From NCBI GenBank assembly GCA_051872775.1, contig JBJEEE010000088.1, forward strand, positions 2,762-66,761: 64,000 nt of DNA, in the 5' to 3' direction. Of the stretch, positions 9,639-24,600 are shown piece after piece. Numbering within the stretch: the stretch's first letter is position 1; every line of letters starts with the position of its first letter. Made by a program: the position numbers and the translations under genes. The DNA comes from Bacilli bacterium (lineage in GTDB: Bacteria; Bacillota_I; Bacilli_A; ML615J-28; CAG-313). Under the pieces are notes generated by a model, which saw only the letters and a list, made by a program, of their open reading frames with translations, had not been told where the DNA came from and ran no database searches.

Positions 9639-12600
9639 TTAAATTTCGCCTTTAAATCCTTTAATAGTATTGATATAACTACTAATAATTGTATTGTAAT
9701 CTTCTTTTGATGCAAGTGGGTTAGATGCATTATATTGATTTGCAAGATCAGGAAGATATGTTTCAATATAAGTAGCAGCTTGAACTTCATTTAAGCCACC
9801 ATGATTAACCATAGTTTCTTTAGTTGCTTCATAAACGATTACCGCAAGCATTGGTCTTAGAATTACAGATTCATTCATATGTCTTAATAGTTTTTCAGTT
9901 TTTGCTGTTTCGAATGAATATAATGAACTTGCAATATCTGTACCATCGATTAATCCTAAATCACGTAAATCAGCAAGAGCATTAGTTAATGCTATTGTTT
10001 CATTAAATTCATCTTCTGAACTTAATGTGCCTAGTGGACGATTGAACTTACTAGATAGGATTGGATTTGTGCCACTTTCTAGTTTTGTAGCAATGACGCC
10101 ATCTTCACCACCAAAGCAACTAATATCAAATACATTACTTACAACAAATAATTGTAACATTTGACGTAATCCAACTTGATTTGCACCAGCAACTTGTGAT
10201 GGGAATAATCCAGAACCAGTTGATACTACATTTTCATATACTGTAATATCTGGGTATGTTGTGCCTAAATCCATTGTATAGATATCAGTAGCACCTTCTG
10301 AATCAAGTTCAAGGGCATTTGCGCAAGCAACAATTATTGCCATCTTAGTTAATTCTTCTTCAGTCCAGAACATTTCATCATAACCAGTATAATCAACTCT
10401 TGAAGTTGCATATTGTCTCTTGAATGCATCAGAGATCATTTCTGCAAGAACAAATGTCGATTTACCTGATTCATCAGAATTATTATTAACTGCATCAGAA
10501 ACAACACCTAAGATTACTTCACGCATAGATAATGCTTTAGATACGGCAATTAGAGTATCTGCAAGTTTAACATAGTCTTTGCTAGTTTCAATTACTACGT
10601 AATCAAAGTCACAAATCTTGTCAGTTGCAGGATCTAGATAAGATGCCATATTAACGATTACTTCTCTAACAGCGACAACTTCGTTATATGCAAGAGCATT
10701 ATCATCAGGGATTAATTCAGTTTTAATGCGAACATTTGAGTTTGGAACTGTAAAGTTAGATTGATCAATTAGTTTTGTTAACCAATATTTGTAATCAGCT
10801 TTTACAGCTTCAATACCATCTTTTCCATTTAATCCAAACATAACATCATATGCACTAAGTACATCATTAAATGTCATATTTGAAATTCCTTGAGAAATAA
10901 CAACATAGATTTCGAATAATTCTTCGAATTCTTCTGCCCATTTATCACGAGGAAGAGTATCAATGTCAATAATTCCTTGAGCATCAGCAGGTAAGTTATT
11001 ATCTACTTTAGTCTTGAATAATTCTTTAAACATTTCGCTTCCAACATAAGATTCAGATGCTTTATCAACAAAGGCAACGAACTTAGTTTGGATTGCACTA
11101 TTTTCAAACATTGAAGTTGTCATATTTTCAATATCGAAGTTAGGATCAGCACATAATGTAGCAAGAGCAGCACACATTTCAGTGAATGATGCAAATTCTT
11201 GATCCCAATCACTAACTACTGATAAATCGATTGATGAAGTATCAACGAATGATAATTTAGAAAGAATCATACTCATTACTGCTTCTTCATTTCCATCTAC
11301 AGCATGAAGAGCGAATAAGTTATCAAGTAATACATCAATATGACCATCTAATGCAGCAAAGTCTAAATCAGCTCCAAAGAAGTTAATATAAGCAGCTTCT
11401 TTCATAACTTTTAGAATTAATAGATAATCATCCATAGCTTGTTCATTAGTATATGAAGGATCATTTAGAGCTGTTAACATGAAGTCAAGAGCATCAGTTG
11501 TAGATGATACTTTGTTAATAACTTTTCTCATAACACGTTTCATATATAATTGAGCAAGTTTAGAATTTTCTAATACTGCACCATTATTAGCAACAGCAAG
11601 TAAGAATTCTTGTGTCATCATTGTTGATGGATCACTAATTGAAATATTTTGAAGTTCAGATTCAATGCCTCTTAAGAATGTTGTGATAATGCTTACTTCG
11701 TTAACGTAATCAACGTTAGCAGCTGCAAGTTCATCACGATCAAGATTAATCTTCATAGCAAACTTAAATGCGGCAGGAATTAAGTCATTTAATAAATCTT
11801 TAGTTACAGGACTAGTAACAACTAAATCAGCAAGAGCAACAATTGTGTCAACATCTTTATAATTAATTGTTCTTCTGAATAAGCCTAATGTTTCAACATA
11901 AGATACAATTTGGAATAAGTCAGGAAGAGCGACATTAACAAATTGAGAATTTGTCATTCCAGTAAACATTGCAAACTTACCATAATTTTCCGTTGCAACT
12001 TTTGTAGTTCCAACAATAACTGGCATAAATACTTGAGCAAGTAAGTCAGATTCAAGTGCTTTATTAACCAATGAAGTTACATCAGCTTGGAATACTGGGT
12101 CACTAACAATACTTAAGTCTTTATTCTTAATGTATGTTACATATGTTTTAACAAATGTAATTAATTGTTTAATTAATCCTTTAGCTACGCTAATTTCATT
12201 AGATGTGCTAGCAGCTTCATAATTTAAGCTTATAACACCGTATTCAGCAATATTTCTAACGAACTTATCGAAATACTTCTTATAAGAACGTAGATTTACA
12301 TTGTTGTAAATTACTGCAAATACTTTATCAGTTAATTCAGAATTTGTGAAATCAACACCATTATTGGAGAATGCACCCATTTCACTTAATGCTCTTAATG
12401 CAACAATAATATCATCACATAAACTATATACTTGTTCGTCTGTCTTTTCAGAGAAAGTAACATTAATCATACTAGATAATTTATTTGTAGCTTTTCTTAC
12501 AATAACAGGCATGAATTCTTTAGATGTTGTAGATTCAAAGAATAATTCAAGTACATCAATAGCAGCATTCATAAATTCAGTATTACCGAATAGATGAACA

Positions 12601-15600
12601 GAGAATCGTAAGTTACTGTCACGAATTACTGTACATAGCATTGGTAATGCTTCTGCAAGAAGGTTGAAATCAAATTCAACATCAATTGTGTTAACATCAA
12701 TATCACTTAAATCTACTTTTACAAGTTTTTCAAGGATATCAACAGCAGCTTGTTTCTTAAGTTCTAGAATTTGTAATTGACCAAATAATCTTACTGAAGT
12801 TTGAGCTGCAGCCATTTGACTATCTGATAATTGAGCTTTTGCTGTATATACTTGATGTAATTTAGATTCGAACAATGCACGTACGGCTTGTGCGAAGATT
12901 TCAACATCACTATCTAGAGCTGCTTTTGTATAGCCTTCAAGTGATAAGTATTCTTCATATGTTCCAAATAAAGATCCATATTTGCTTAATACTTTATTAT
13001 ATACAGGGATGAATGTTTCTACAAATAATTGAGATTCAGCAATTGTTTCAATTATTCTTACGAAACGTTCTTTTTGAACATTGCTTAATAAGTCAACAAC
13101 TTTTCTTGCGAATGATCTACGACTTACTTTTACAGTGTTAATTAAATCTTTAATTTCTGCTTTAACAGCCGATAATGTAGTTAATTCACATTCAGCTAAA
13201 ATGTCAAATGTTTCACTAACAACTGCTTTAATAATTTGTTTTTCTGTTTCACAATCGAATGCAGCAAAATCAATATTAGCAGTATCAATATTAAATTCAA
13301 CGAAGACTGCTTTTACAAGTTCATTGAACTTAGTACTAATGATATTCATACTTAATGCAGTATCAACTATTTCTACAGCTACTTCGCTTGTAGGGAATGT
13401 CAAATCTTTATCAAGTACAAAACGATAGATACGAGATTCATAAACATCTTTTACTAATGTGATTGAAAGTAATACATCATTTGTTAATTGTTCTAATGTT
13501 AATCCATCAGTAGTAAGAACATTTACAATTGATTGTAATCTTCCGCCTACAAATTCTTTTGCTTTGTTGACTACAGTTGGAACAACGTATGGAGCAACTG
13601 AAGTTTGAGCTAAAATTTCATATGCATCAACTAGATATTCACCATATCCTTGTGCATCAATAATTGTTTGTTTAGTTAATAACTTACCAAAGTCATTGAT
13701 AGTCTTAACTGGGAATTCAGAACTACTTAAATATGGAACAAGTACACGATATGCTTGAGCAACTTTATTAGCATCACCAGCTACATCGATTGTTTCATAT
13801 GAAGCACCATATGTTCTTAAGCCTTCAAATTTGTTGCTTAATCTATTAATAATCTTTGCAAAATGTAACTCAATGTAGTTAGTTGAAGCTAAGATATTTA
13901 ATAATTGTTCAACATGATCAGCCATTAAGCCGTCAGCACCTACATAATCAATTGTTTCACCATCAATAATACCAAATACATTCATAGCTACTGCAAGTCT
14001 GATAACTTCAGGTACTTTAACTAAATCAGCATATAATTCTTCGTTAGTTGCACTACGGTAATCAACATACTTAACGTTATCACCTAAGCTTGGAACAGCG
14101 AAAGTATTATATAAAGCAAGTGCATTTTGTTCAATTATTGTTAATTGAGCAACATATTCAACGATTTCAGCAACCTTATTCATTGCAGCATCATTGTTAA
14201 GGAATGCTTTTGAATCAAATGATACGAAGTAGTCACTAACTTCTCTCATTGTGTTATTACCTTCAGATGCCATTAATTCAATAAAGGCACGGAAGATATC
14301 TTTTGCGACGATTAAATCATGTTCAAAGTCTACATTTTCAATATTAAATGCATCTTGTTCAATTGTTACATTACCAAATGTCTTGCCATAAACAAAGTCA
14401 CGAAGTAATAGAGCAACTAAATCATTATAATGACCATCTAATAATTGTAATTCAACTAAGTTATCAATAATTGCGTCTACGTCTGATTCTAATGCAGAAT
14501 ATGCAAGTGAACCATCACCAATTGCGTTATAATCAAGATTTACTAATGTTTCAATGATTGCCATAATATATGGAGTATCATGGTTGATCATTTCAGCACT
14601 ATAATTATCTAAATCAAGCGCAGTCCAATAATCATTTAATACATTCTTTAATAATGGAAGGATAACAATAAGAATTGCAGCACCAGTTTCACCATAAAGA
14701 GTTGTATTCATATAATTCTTAATTGCAGCAAGTTCAAGATCTAGATTTTCTTGTCTTAAGAAGAAGTTAATTGATACAGAAATCTTATTATCAATATCTT
14801 CCTTATTCTTAATTGGGAAGTCTGGATTTGTCAATACTGCAGAAATGTTTTTAACCATTTCAACAATGTCATCAGCATCATCTGCAAGAGAGATGTTGTT
14901 TCCATTAACTGAACTTAAATCAACTGATGTGATTAAGTTATCTAAGCCATTAACGAAGGCATCCATTCTACCAGGATTGTTAAAGTAATTTAATGTAAAT
15001 AAGTTATTAATAATATTAGTGAAGTTAAATGTTCTATCGAATGGATAATCAGCATTACCAATTAAGCAATCATAGATATTTAGACTTTGAATATTAGATA
15101 ATACTACATATACATTATGTAAATCACTATTTAATTCAGATACATTACTATAAATATTATGTAAATCTGCAAGTCCTGCAAGTTTTTCACTAGATAGATA
15201 CTTTTCAGAAATAGGCATAATTACAAATGCGAATAAATCATCTTTGTATAATACATCAATGATATCAGCAAGAGCTTGAATATTTTCATTGAATGATTTA
15301 TCAATTCTCAAACCTTTACCAGCAATAATACTTACTACTTTAGCTATTTCTTCATAAGTTGTTATCTTGTAATTTTCAAAAATTGTGAATACACTATCAA
15401 GAATTGTAACGATTGAATCATATTCTTCTCTGAATACAACTGTTCCAACAGCTCTTGATGCATCAATTCCTAATTTATCGAAAATAGAAAGAACAACGTT
15501 ATTACCATTATTAACTAAAACATTAAGGTTAAGTACTTTTTCAATTGCTTCATATAATGTTGCTTTTGCATTGTAATTGATTTCTGCTTTTGTGAACATT

Positions 15601-18600
15601 TGTTCAACAACACCAAATTCAATTAGTTTTCTTAAAGCTACAACTATTGATTTAACATCTTCTGTTACTTCATTATTGTCAACTTTATCAGTAAGATATG
15701 TTAAACTTAATCCGCTTGTTTCAAGTTTAGCAAGACCAAAATCAACAAGATCTTTTGATAAAACATTGAATGTAGCAAGGTTAGAGATTGCTGCAACTAC
15801 ATCAACTAAATTATTAGCATTTTCTGAAGTTGCATATTGTTCTTGAAGTTTGAATCCTCTAGCTTGTAAATCTTTAATATTGTCAATAGAAACTAAGTCT
15901 GTTTCAACTAAGAATTTATCTACAGCACTAACTAGTTCTTGGAATAAATCATTTTCTGCATCCCAGTCAACACCAACAAAGTCGCTTTCAGAAACTCTAA
16001 TGTCAGATTTTAGTGCATGTGCAAGACAATTTGCAAGTGATGCAGCCCATGCATTTCTATTTAAATTATAGATTCCAAGTGATGGAATTAAATCAATTAC
16101 AGGATTTAAGTATTCAACATTCAAGAATTGAAGTTGTTTTGTATTAATAATTTCGAATAAACCAAACTTACATAAAGGCTTAAACATTTGAACTAATACA
16201 TCAACATCATTCTTAACTACTTCCATTTGAAGTGATGAAGCTAAGAATAATAAATCTAAGTTAAAGTCATATGCCTTATTTATAGCAAGACAAACAACTT
16301 GAGGGAATAAGCATTCAACGCTATTGAAACTTAATACAAGTTTAATAGCATCAGCTATTAATGCTACGTTAGTATCAGTATAAGTTTCTTCTAAAGTGTG
16401 TTTCTTTTCATCTTTGAAGAATGATACAACTTCGCTATATTTGTTGAGGTTATTATTATCAAGGATTTCACCTAATTTCAATACTAATGATTGAAGAGTA
16501 ACATTATCTGATTTCCATTGTTCATCAGTTAATGAAATTACAGAGTAATCAATTTCTTGATCTATCTTCAATGCAGTAACGGCTTTATCAATTAGAATAT
16601 TTACCCAAGAATTTCTATATTTAGTGAATACTAATGCATTTTCTATTTCAGCAACAGCATTTGCAATATATTCTACTTCAATTGATGAAATATCTTTTGT
16701 ATCAATGTATTCTTTTACGCCAAACGCAAGAAGATTTTGAACGATATTTAGGATTGGAGAAACATCGTTTGCTAAATCAGATGATGCATATGAACCTTCT
16801 AAGAATGAAATATCATATCCAGCATCAGCGGCTTTAACTACAGCATAATGTAATACTTTAGGGAATACTACATTTACAGTATGAGTGCCGATTAAATTAG
16901 ATAGAACAACTTTAAGAGTTTCTAGATTATTATTGAAGATTTCTTCTAGATTGTCTTTATAAGTGCCTTGAGACATATAAACTTGAACTGCTGTTAAATA
17001 TGTTAAGCCTTGTTCTTCTAATAGATCACATAATGCCACTAAAGCATTTTGTAATTTTTGATTATCTTCTGCCCATTGTTCAGCTGTGATTGCATTAAAT
17101 TCAGATGCTTCAACACTAATTTCAAGTGATGCAAGTACTTTATTTAATCCAAGAGCTAACCAATTGCCACGAAGTTTACTATAAACATTAACTTCAGCTA
17201 ATTTTGCAACTATTTCAGATAGTGCAACTCTATCATATGATAAAACAGCAATATCAAATAAGAAGTCACGTACACCTAATTGAAGAGCTTTTCTTGCGAT
17301 TTCAACTACGCTTTGAACGTCTTCAACTAATTCAGATGAAGTAAATGTATCATTGTGCATTGCTTCTTTTAAGAAGTCAAGATCACTACCTGTAATCTTA
17401 TCAACACCCCATCTTGAGATGATAGGAAGTAATACTTTAAGGGTTTGTGCAGATATTAATGTATCTACTACATTAAGTGCTAATTCTACATTTTCATTCG
17501 TTACAAATTCTTGTTTTGTATAGTTCTTGCTTTCTACAAATTCTTTAACTTGAGTTGAAGATTCAAGACCTAATGTGTCTAATAGAGTTTGTACTTCAAG
17601 TAATGTATTATTAACTACAGTCATTTCATTTGATAGATCTAATCCTGCAAATGAATCTACTGTTACTCTTTCTTCGATCTTTAATGCTTCAAGTAATTTG
17701 TTAGATAATACTACTAACCAATTAGCATTAAAGTTAGAATATAATACTGTATTTTCTAATTCAAGAAGAGCTTGTCCAACATATTGTAATTCAATTGTTG
17801 AAAGTTGTTTTTCTTTGATGATTTCTTCAATGCCAAAGTCAACTAAGTTTTCAGCTGCATTTAGGACAGGAAGAACATCATTAGCTAAATCAACTGCATG
17901 ATAATTTCCTTCTAAGAATGAAATATCTACGCCAGCATTTTCAGCTTTTACTACAACGTAGTGTAATACTTTATCGAAGATTACATCTGTTGTATTTGTA
18001 TTTAATAGGTTAGAAATAATTTCGCTTAATAATTCTTTGTAACCTAATAATTCTTTATAATCAGGAGCACTTACGTAATTTACAATTGCACTCTTATATG
18101 TTAAGCCTAATCTTTCCATTAATTCAGCAACGCTAACTAAAGCATTTTGAAGTAATTGATTATCTTCTAACCATTGTGCATTTGTTAATACATCAAGTTC
18201 TTCTGGTGTAACATTAATTTCAAGAGCGCTTAAGGCTTTATTTAATCCTAGAGCAACCCAATCAGAATGAAGTTTATTGAAAATATGAATGTTTTCAATT
18301 TGACTTACGATTGTAGCTACAAGTCCGCCATCAATTGTTTCCATATCGATGTCAAAGATTGCATCAAATACGCCTAAAGCAACACAATTTCTAGCAATAC
18401 TAATAACTGTCTTAACATCTTCTACTAATTCTTCAGCAGTAAATGTATCATTGTGCATTGCTTCTTTTAAGAAGTCAAGATCACTACTTGCAATCTTATC
18501 AACACCCCATCTTGCGATTACAGGAAGCAATACTTTAAGGGTTTGCATTTGTTGAATATCTTCAACCGCATTTAAGACGATATCTAAAGTTTCATCAGTA

Positions 18601-21600
18601 ACATATTGTCCATTGATGTAACCTTTATCTTGAATGAATTGTTTTAAATCGTTTGTTGAAACGATATTAAGAGCTCTTAATAAAGCATCAACTTCGCCAA
18701 GGGCATCAACTAAATGCATAATTTCATTATCTGGATTTAATCCAGCGAATGAATCTACTGTTACTCTTTCTTCAACATTTAATGCGGCAAGTAATTGGTT
18801 AACAGTAAGAACTAACCAAGATTCTTTGTCAACTGCATAAATGTTTAATTCATTAAGCATTGTTAATACATTTTGTAATTTAACAATTTGGATTTGATCA
18901 AGTTCTTGATAGAAGAAATAATCAATTGTTCCAAATTCTACAATTTCTTTTAACATTGCTGCAACAGTTCTAATATCAGCTGATAACTTTTCACCTGTTA
19001 AATCAGATTCGAAATGTGATTCTAAGAAGGATACATCAAACTTATCAGTGGAAACTTTAGAAACACCGAATTTAGCAAGAACTGGAAGAGCAGGTTCAAT
19101 TACTCTGATTGTTCCAACTAAATCAACAATTTCTACTAATGCAAGAGCATTTTCGTTATTTGCATATTGTGCAAGAGTATAAAGTTTATCTTTAAAGAAT
19201 GATTGAACATCTTCGATTGTATTAAGGTCATTAGCCTTTAATAATGCTTCTAATCTATCAACGATTTCAATTATTGTATTTACATCATTTGACCATGTAG
19301 TAGCATTCATCATTGCAAAGTCTTCAGCTGAAACAGTGTTTTCAATCTTTAATGCTTTAAATAATTGGTTGAATCCAAGTGCAGCCCAATTGTCAATTGC
19401 AACAACAATAGTATTTAATCCAGTAGCTGTAACTAAGATATTCTTAATTAAATCATAATTAAGTTCTGGAAGTTTATTAAAGTATACATAATCAATTACA
19501 CCAATTTCTACGGCATCTTTGATTATTGATGCAAGTGATTGAATATCACTTGATAACATTTCACCAGTTAATTCTCTATTTTCAAGAGCATCAACAAGGA
19601 AGCTTAAATCAACATTTGCAATGTTAACTTTTTCAGATAATGCATAGCGAACTAGATCATCAAGGGCAGGAGACAACGCTTTAATACCGCCTAATGTTTC
19701 GATGATTTCAGCAATAACTAATACATTTTCATCAGTTACATATTGTGCAAGTGTATAATACTTGTTATTAATAAATTCAGTTAGTTCGCTAGATGAAGTA
19801 ATACTGCTTTCATCAAGTAATTCACCAATTAAACCAACAATATGAGATAGACTTTCAAAGTCTTGATCCCATTCAGCTCTATTCATAGTGATGTATTCAT
19901 TTGCACTTACATGATATTTATTTTCATCTAATTTTAGAGCTTTAAATACTTGTGTAAAGATATTTTCAAACCATTTAGCTTCTGATAAATGGAATAAATG
20001 TAATTCATTAATATTAGCTATAATATTTTGAATTGGTTCAACATTTATTACTGATAATTGTTGAGTGAAATAAATTTCTATAGCACCAAAGTCTAGAACA
20101 TTACGAACCATTTCAATAACTGTACGTAAATCATCTTTGATGTCACTACTGATATATTCATGATTATCAATAGCAGTGCTTACAAACTTCATATCAGGAA
20201 GAGCTTCATTACCAATGATTACATAATCAATTAGAGATGACAAGCCTTTTACAAGATATGGATCTATAAAGTTAATACCAATAATTGTATCAACAACAGA
20301 TAAAATATCGCTTACGTTTTCATCTGTAACATATTGTGCAGATGTATAACCTTTTTCTTTAATGAATAAATTGATATCATCATAGAATGTTAAGTTGTTA
20401 TTCTTAGCGATTTCGCCAATACTATTAACGATTGAAGCAAGAGTTGCGAAATCTTCATGCCATGCATCATTTGTCATATATGCGAAGTCTTCAGGTTGAA
20501 CTCTAACAACAGATTTAGCAAGTTCAAAGCCAATATTTGATGCAAAGGAAATCCAACTATTGTAATCTATTTCAAGAACATGTAATGTGTCAATCTTTTC
20601 AATAATAGATGAAATATATTCAAATTTAACTTCAAATGGTTGTTCTTCGTATACTTTATAAACTAAGTCTAAAGCACCGAAGTTTACACCATCAACAACG
20701 ATAGCCATTATTGTGCGAATGTCTTCAGCAAGAACACTACCACTTAATGTACCATCTTCAAGATATGGTTCAACAAATGATAAGTCATACTTTTCAGGTA
20801 CTTTACTTAATCCATATTGAGCAAGTTTAGGAAGCATTGATTGTAAAGGAACAATTGTTGTAATTGTATCTACAATTTCAGTGATACTAATTACAGCTTC
20901 ATCAGTAATATAAGTAGCTGAAGTATATCCTTTTCCACTTACAAATGAAGTTATTTCTTCTAATGATTCTAATTGCCAATAAGCTAGTAATTCTGCAAGT
21001 TGACTAACAACAGATTTAACTGTTTGAAGTGATTCAGTTGCGATTTCATCTGTAATTGTTGCAAAGTCTTCAGCTGTATATCTTACATCAAGTTTAGCAG
21101 CAGTCATTACAGTGTTTGCAATGAATTCCATCCAAGTTTCACGATTTACTTGGAATAGTTCCATTTGATCAATTTGATCAAAGATTGGATTTAATTTATC
21201 TAATTCAACCTTTTGAAGTGTCTTTGTTTCAAGATATTCAAATAGACCAAATTCAATCATTGTTTTAGCAATTTCACCAAGATTAATTACATCATGGCTT
21301 AATACTTCACGTGTTGCAATTTCTTTTATAAATTGAACATCAATATCTTTAAATAATGCAACATTTGCAAGTTTATCAACACCAAATGAAACAAAATCAT
21401 TAACAATTGGATCAATTAAATTAATAGCAAGAACGTTACTTAATGCATCTACAACACAATCAATTAATGTGTTAGTGAAGATATCATAGTTGCTATATTC
21501 TTTATTTGAAATAAATTGTTTAATACTTTCGATAGAGTATCCAGCAGGGAATAATTCATCTAAAGCACTAACTACAGCAAATAAAGCATTACCAAGTTTT

Positions 21601-24600
21601 TCAGTATCATTTGTCCATTGTTCATCTGATAATCCAGCAAAGTTTTCAGCATTATAACGTACATTGAAATCTTTAATATTTAATTTATCAAGGGCAAAGT
21701 TAACTACAAATGCAGTCCATTCACCAGCAAATTTAGCAAGAATATTTACATTTGCTAGTTGATTTGCAATATCTTTAACAACGGCTTCATTAAGATTGCC
21801 AATTGTTTCGTTCTTGTAAAGTTTTACGGCACCAAGGTCAATTAAATCAATTACAATATTTGCGAAAGTTACGATGTCGTTTGCAATTTCATCATTAGTT
21901 AACTTAGCTTCATCAACAAATCTGATATCATAACCTGCTTCATATGCTTTATCAATTCCAAAACTTAAAACTTGAGGAAGAAGAGCTTTAACTGTACCCA
22001 TATTTGCTAATTCTTTTACAGCACTAACAATATGGCGACCATTAACTTCTGTAACAATTACTTTTACATCTGCTTTTACTTCATCAAGATATTTTGTAAC
22101 ATCTCTATAAACAACTAGATGGTTGTCTGCAGCAAAGTTTTGAACAATTGTAAGTATTTGTTGAATACTTGTGAATTCATCATTCCAATCAACATTTTCA
22201 AGATCACTTGCGGAAAGTGTAAAGTCAGTTAATTTTGCAAGTGCAAATGCTTTATTGATTAGAGTGCTCATTAATTCATTTTCATGTTTTGTTACTAGAT
22301 TTAATTCGTTAATCTTACCAACTACAGCTTTAGCGGTTTCTAATAATCCGTAAACATTTTTAGATTCAACTTCAACAGTCTTATTAACTATGAAGCATGC
22401 GATACGTTCTTCAACAAGAACATTAATAATTTCTACAAGTTTATGAACGTCAGCTTGTAATTCTTCAGCTGTTAAATCATTAATAAATTGTAAATCAATT
22501 ACTTGTTTTGCTAATTGTTCTAATCCATATGAAACAACATCTGGAAGAATATTTGCAACTAATTGTGAATTTACAACTTCATCAAGAAGTCCAGCAACAA
22601 GGCTTATATTATTATCAGTGATGTAAGCTTTTAAGCCTTCAACAACGTTACTACTATTCTTAACATTGTTAATAAAATCAGTGATTTGTGCAACATTTTC
22701 AAATTCATTTACTGCTAGAATATTAAGAACAATTGAAACAACTCCTTTAATTGTTGCTACTTCATTGTCCCAATTAGTAATTGATTGTACATTGAAACTT
22801 TCAACACTAATAACATCATTCTTTGGTAGATATTTTTCTAGTGCAAATTGAACTAATTCATTTTCATATCCTTTAACAAGATTTAAGCTGAATAATTTAT
22901 CAATTATTTCATTAACAGCTGTATCTTCAGGAAGAACGATAGCTTCACCTTGGAAACTTGCTCTCCACATTTCAACAAAGTCAATATCATTGACTAAGAT
23001 TTCAGCAATTTCAGTTACAGAATATAAGTCTTCAACTAATTCTTCTCCTGTTAGACTACCTTCCCAGAAATCTTTAGAAATAACATTATTAGATACTAAT
23101 TGATTAACTACTACTTGGAATGCGATTGGAGCGATTGCTTCGATTGTATTTAATTCAAGAGCAGTATTTAATATTTCTAAAACGCGGTTTGCATTTTCTG
23201 TAGTAACAAATGAAGTTGTTAAGTAACCTTTTTCATTAATGAAGTCAATTAGTTCAGCAGTAGATTCAAGGTTATTTACTTCTAAGAATTCAATTATTTG
23301 AGTGATTAAAGCTTTTGCAGTTTCTGCTTCAACTGCCCAATCAACTCCTGCAAAATCCTCTGCAGTAACTTCTTCAATGTTATATTGTGCAAGGAATTTA
23401 CCACTAACATAATTGATAATCCATGCAAATACTTCATTTCCACATGGTTTCAACATTTCCATACCAAGCAATGCATCAAGAATATTATAAACATTCTCAA
23501 GTTTATCGGTATAAACAATTGAACCATTTACAAATATAGTTTGTAGATCCATTTCAACTAATTGACGAGCAATGTATGTTAAGCGTCTTACATCACTTGC
23601 AAGTAGTGCAGAATCTAGATTTTCTAAGTCAACAATTTCAACTAAACCTTTAAATTCTTCAGGAATAGATTTAATTACATAAGTTGACATAATATTTGGT
23701 AATAATGCTTCTACTAATTTAGAACCACTTGTTTCAACAAAATTACCATTTTCGTCTTTTTCAAGTGTACCTAAGACAATTTCAACACCACTCATTAGTT
23801 GTGAGAAAATCTCAGGTTGAGTTATGTATTCAAGATCAAGAGTAACATTACCAGCTTCATCGAATAAAACGAAGTTAGGATCTTGTAGTACATTTTCAAT
23901 TGCATGAATAAAGTTTACAAGCATTTCTTGTTCGCCATCAAAGTTGATATTGTCTAATAAACCTTTTTCAATATCTAAAATCTTTGTTGCTTTAAAGATA
24001 ATACGAATAACTCTACCTTCAACACCATCAAGAATCTTAGAATCAAAGATTGTGTTGATAATATTGATTAATGCATCTGTTTCACTATATTTTAGTGAAC
24101 CTAGTCCATTCTTAGCTACATCAAATAAACCAAGAGTTTGCGCATCTTTGATTGCTTTAACTATTTTGATAATTTCTTCTGCCATTTCTTTGTTAGAAAT
24201 ATTGTTGAAGATATCTTTAACAAGATTATCATCATCAAATTCATTTGTAATTGGAAGAAGATATTTGTTAACAGCAGGATCAATCAATGAAAGTGTTAAA
24301 TCAGAATCAACTAATTCTTCAAGAATACTTACTAGAATATCAACACCGTCTTCGTTATCAAGTAATGCAATGAAGTCAATATTCAAGTCTTTCATATTAA
24401 CTTCATCTAGAAGTACAAATTGTTTGTATATTTCTAATATGTTTTTGATTGTATCAATTTCACCAATGTTATCACCATCTGTAGTCCAGTTAACATTTTC
24501 AAAAATAGATACTTTTGATGTGCCATCAGCAGATGTTACATATAAATCATCAACGTCTAATAAATTGAATTTAATTATTGCAGCAAGAACTAAATCATTC

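Noticed and set aside
15400-21000. Possible CRISPR array or IS-related repeats, because of strong nucleotide periodicity
   Set aside because: The repeats are 550-1100 nt long, in-frame and coding, with no short direct repeats and spacers. There is no cas gene, no transposase and no inverted terminal repeat anywhere in the window.
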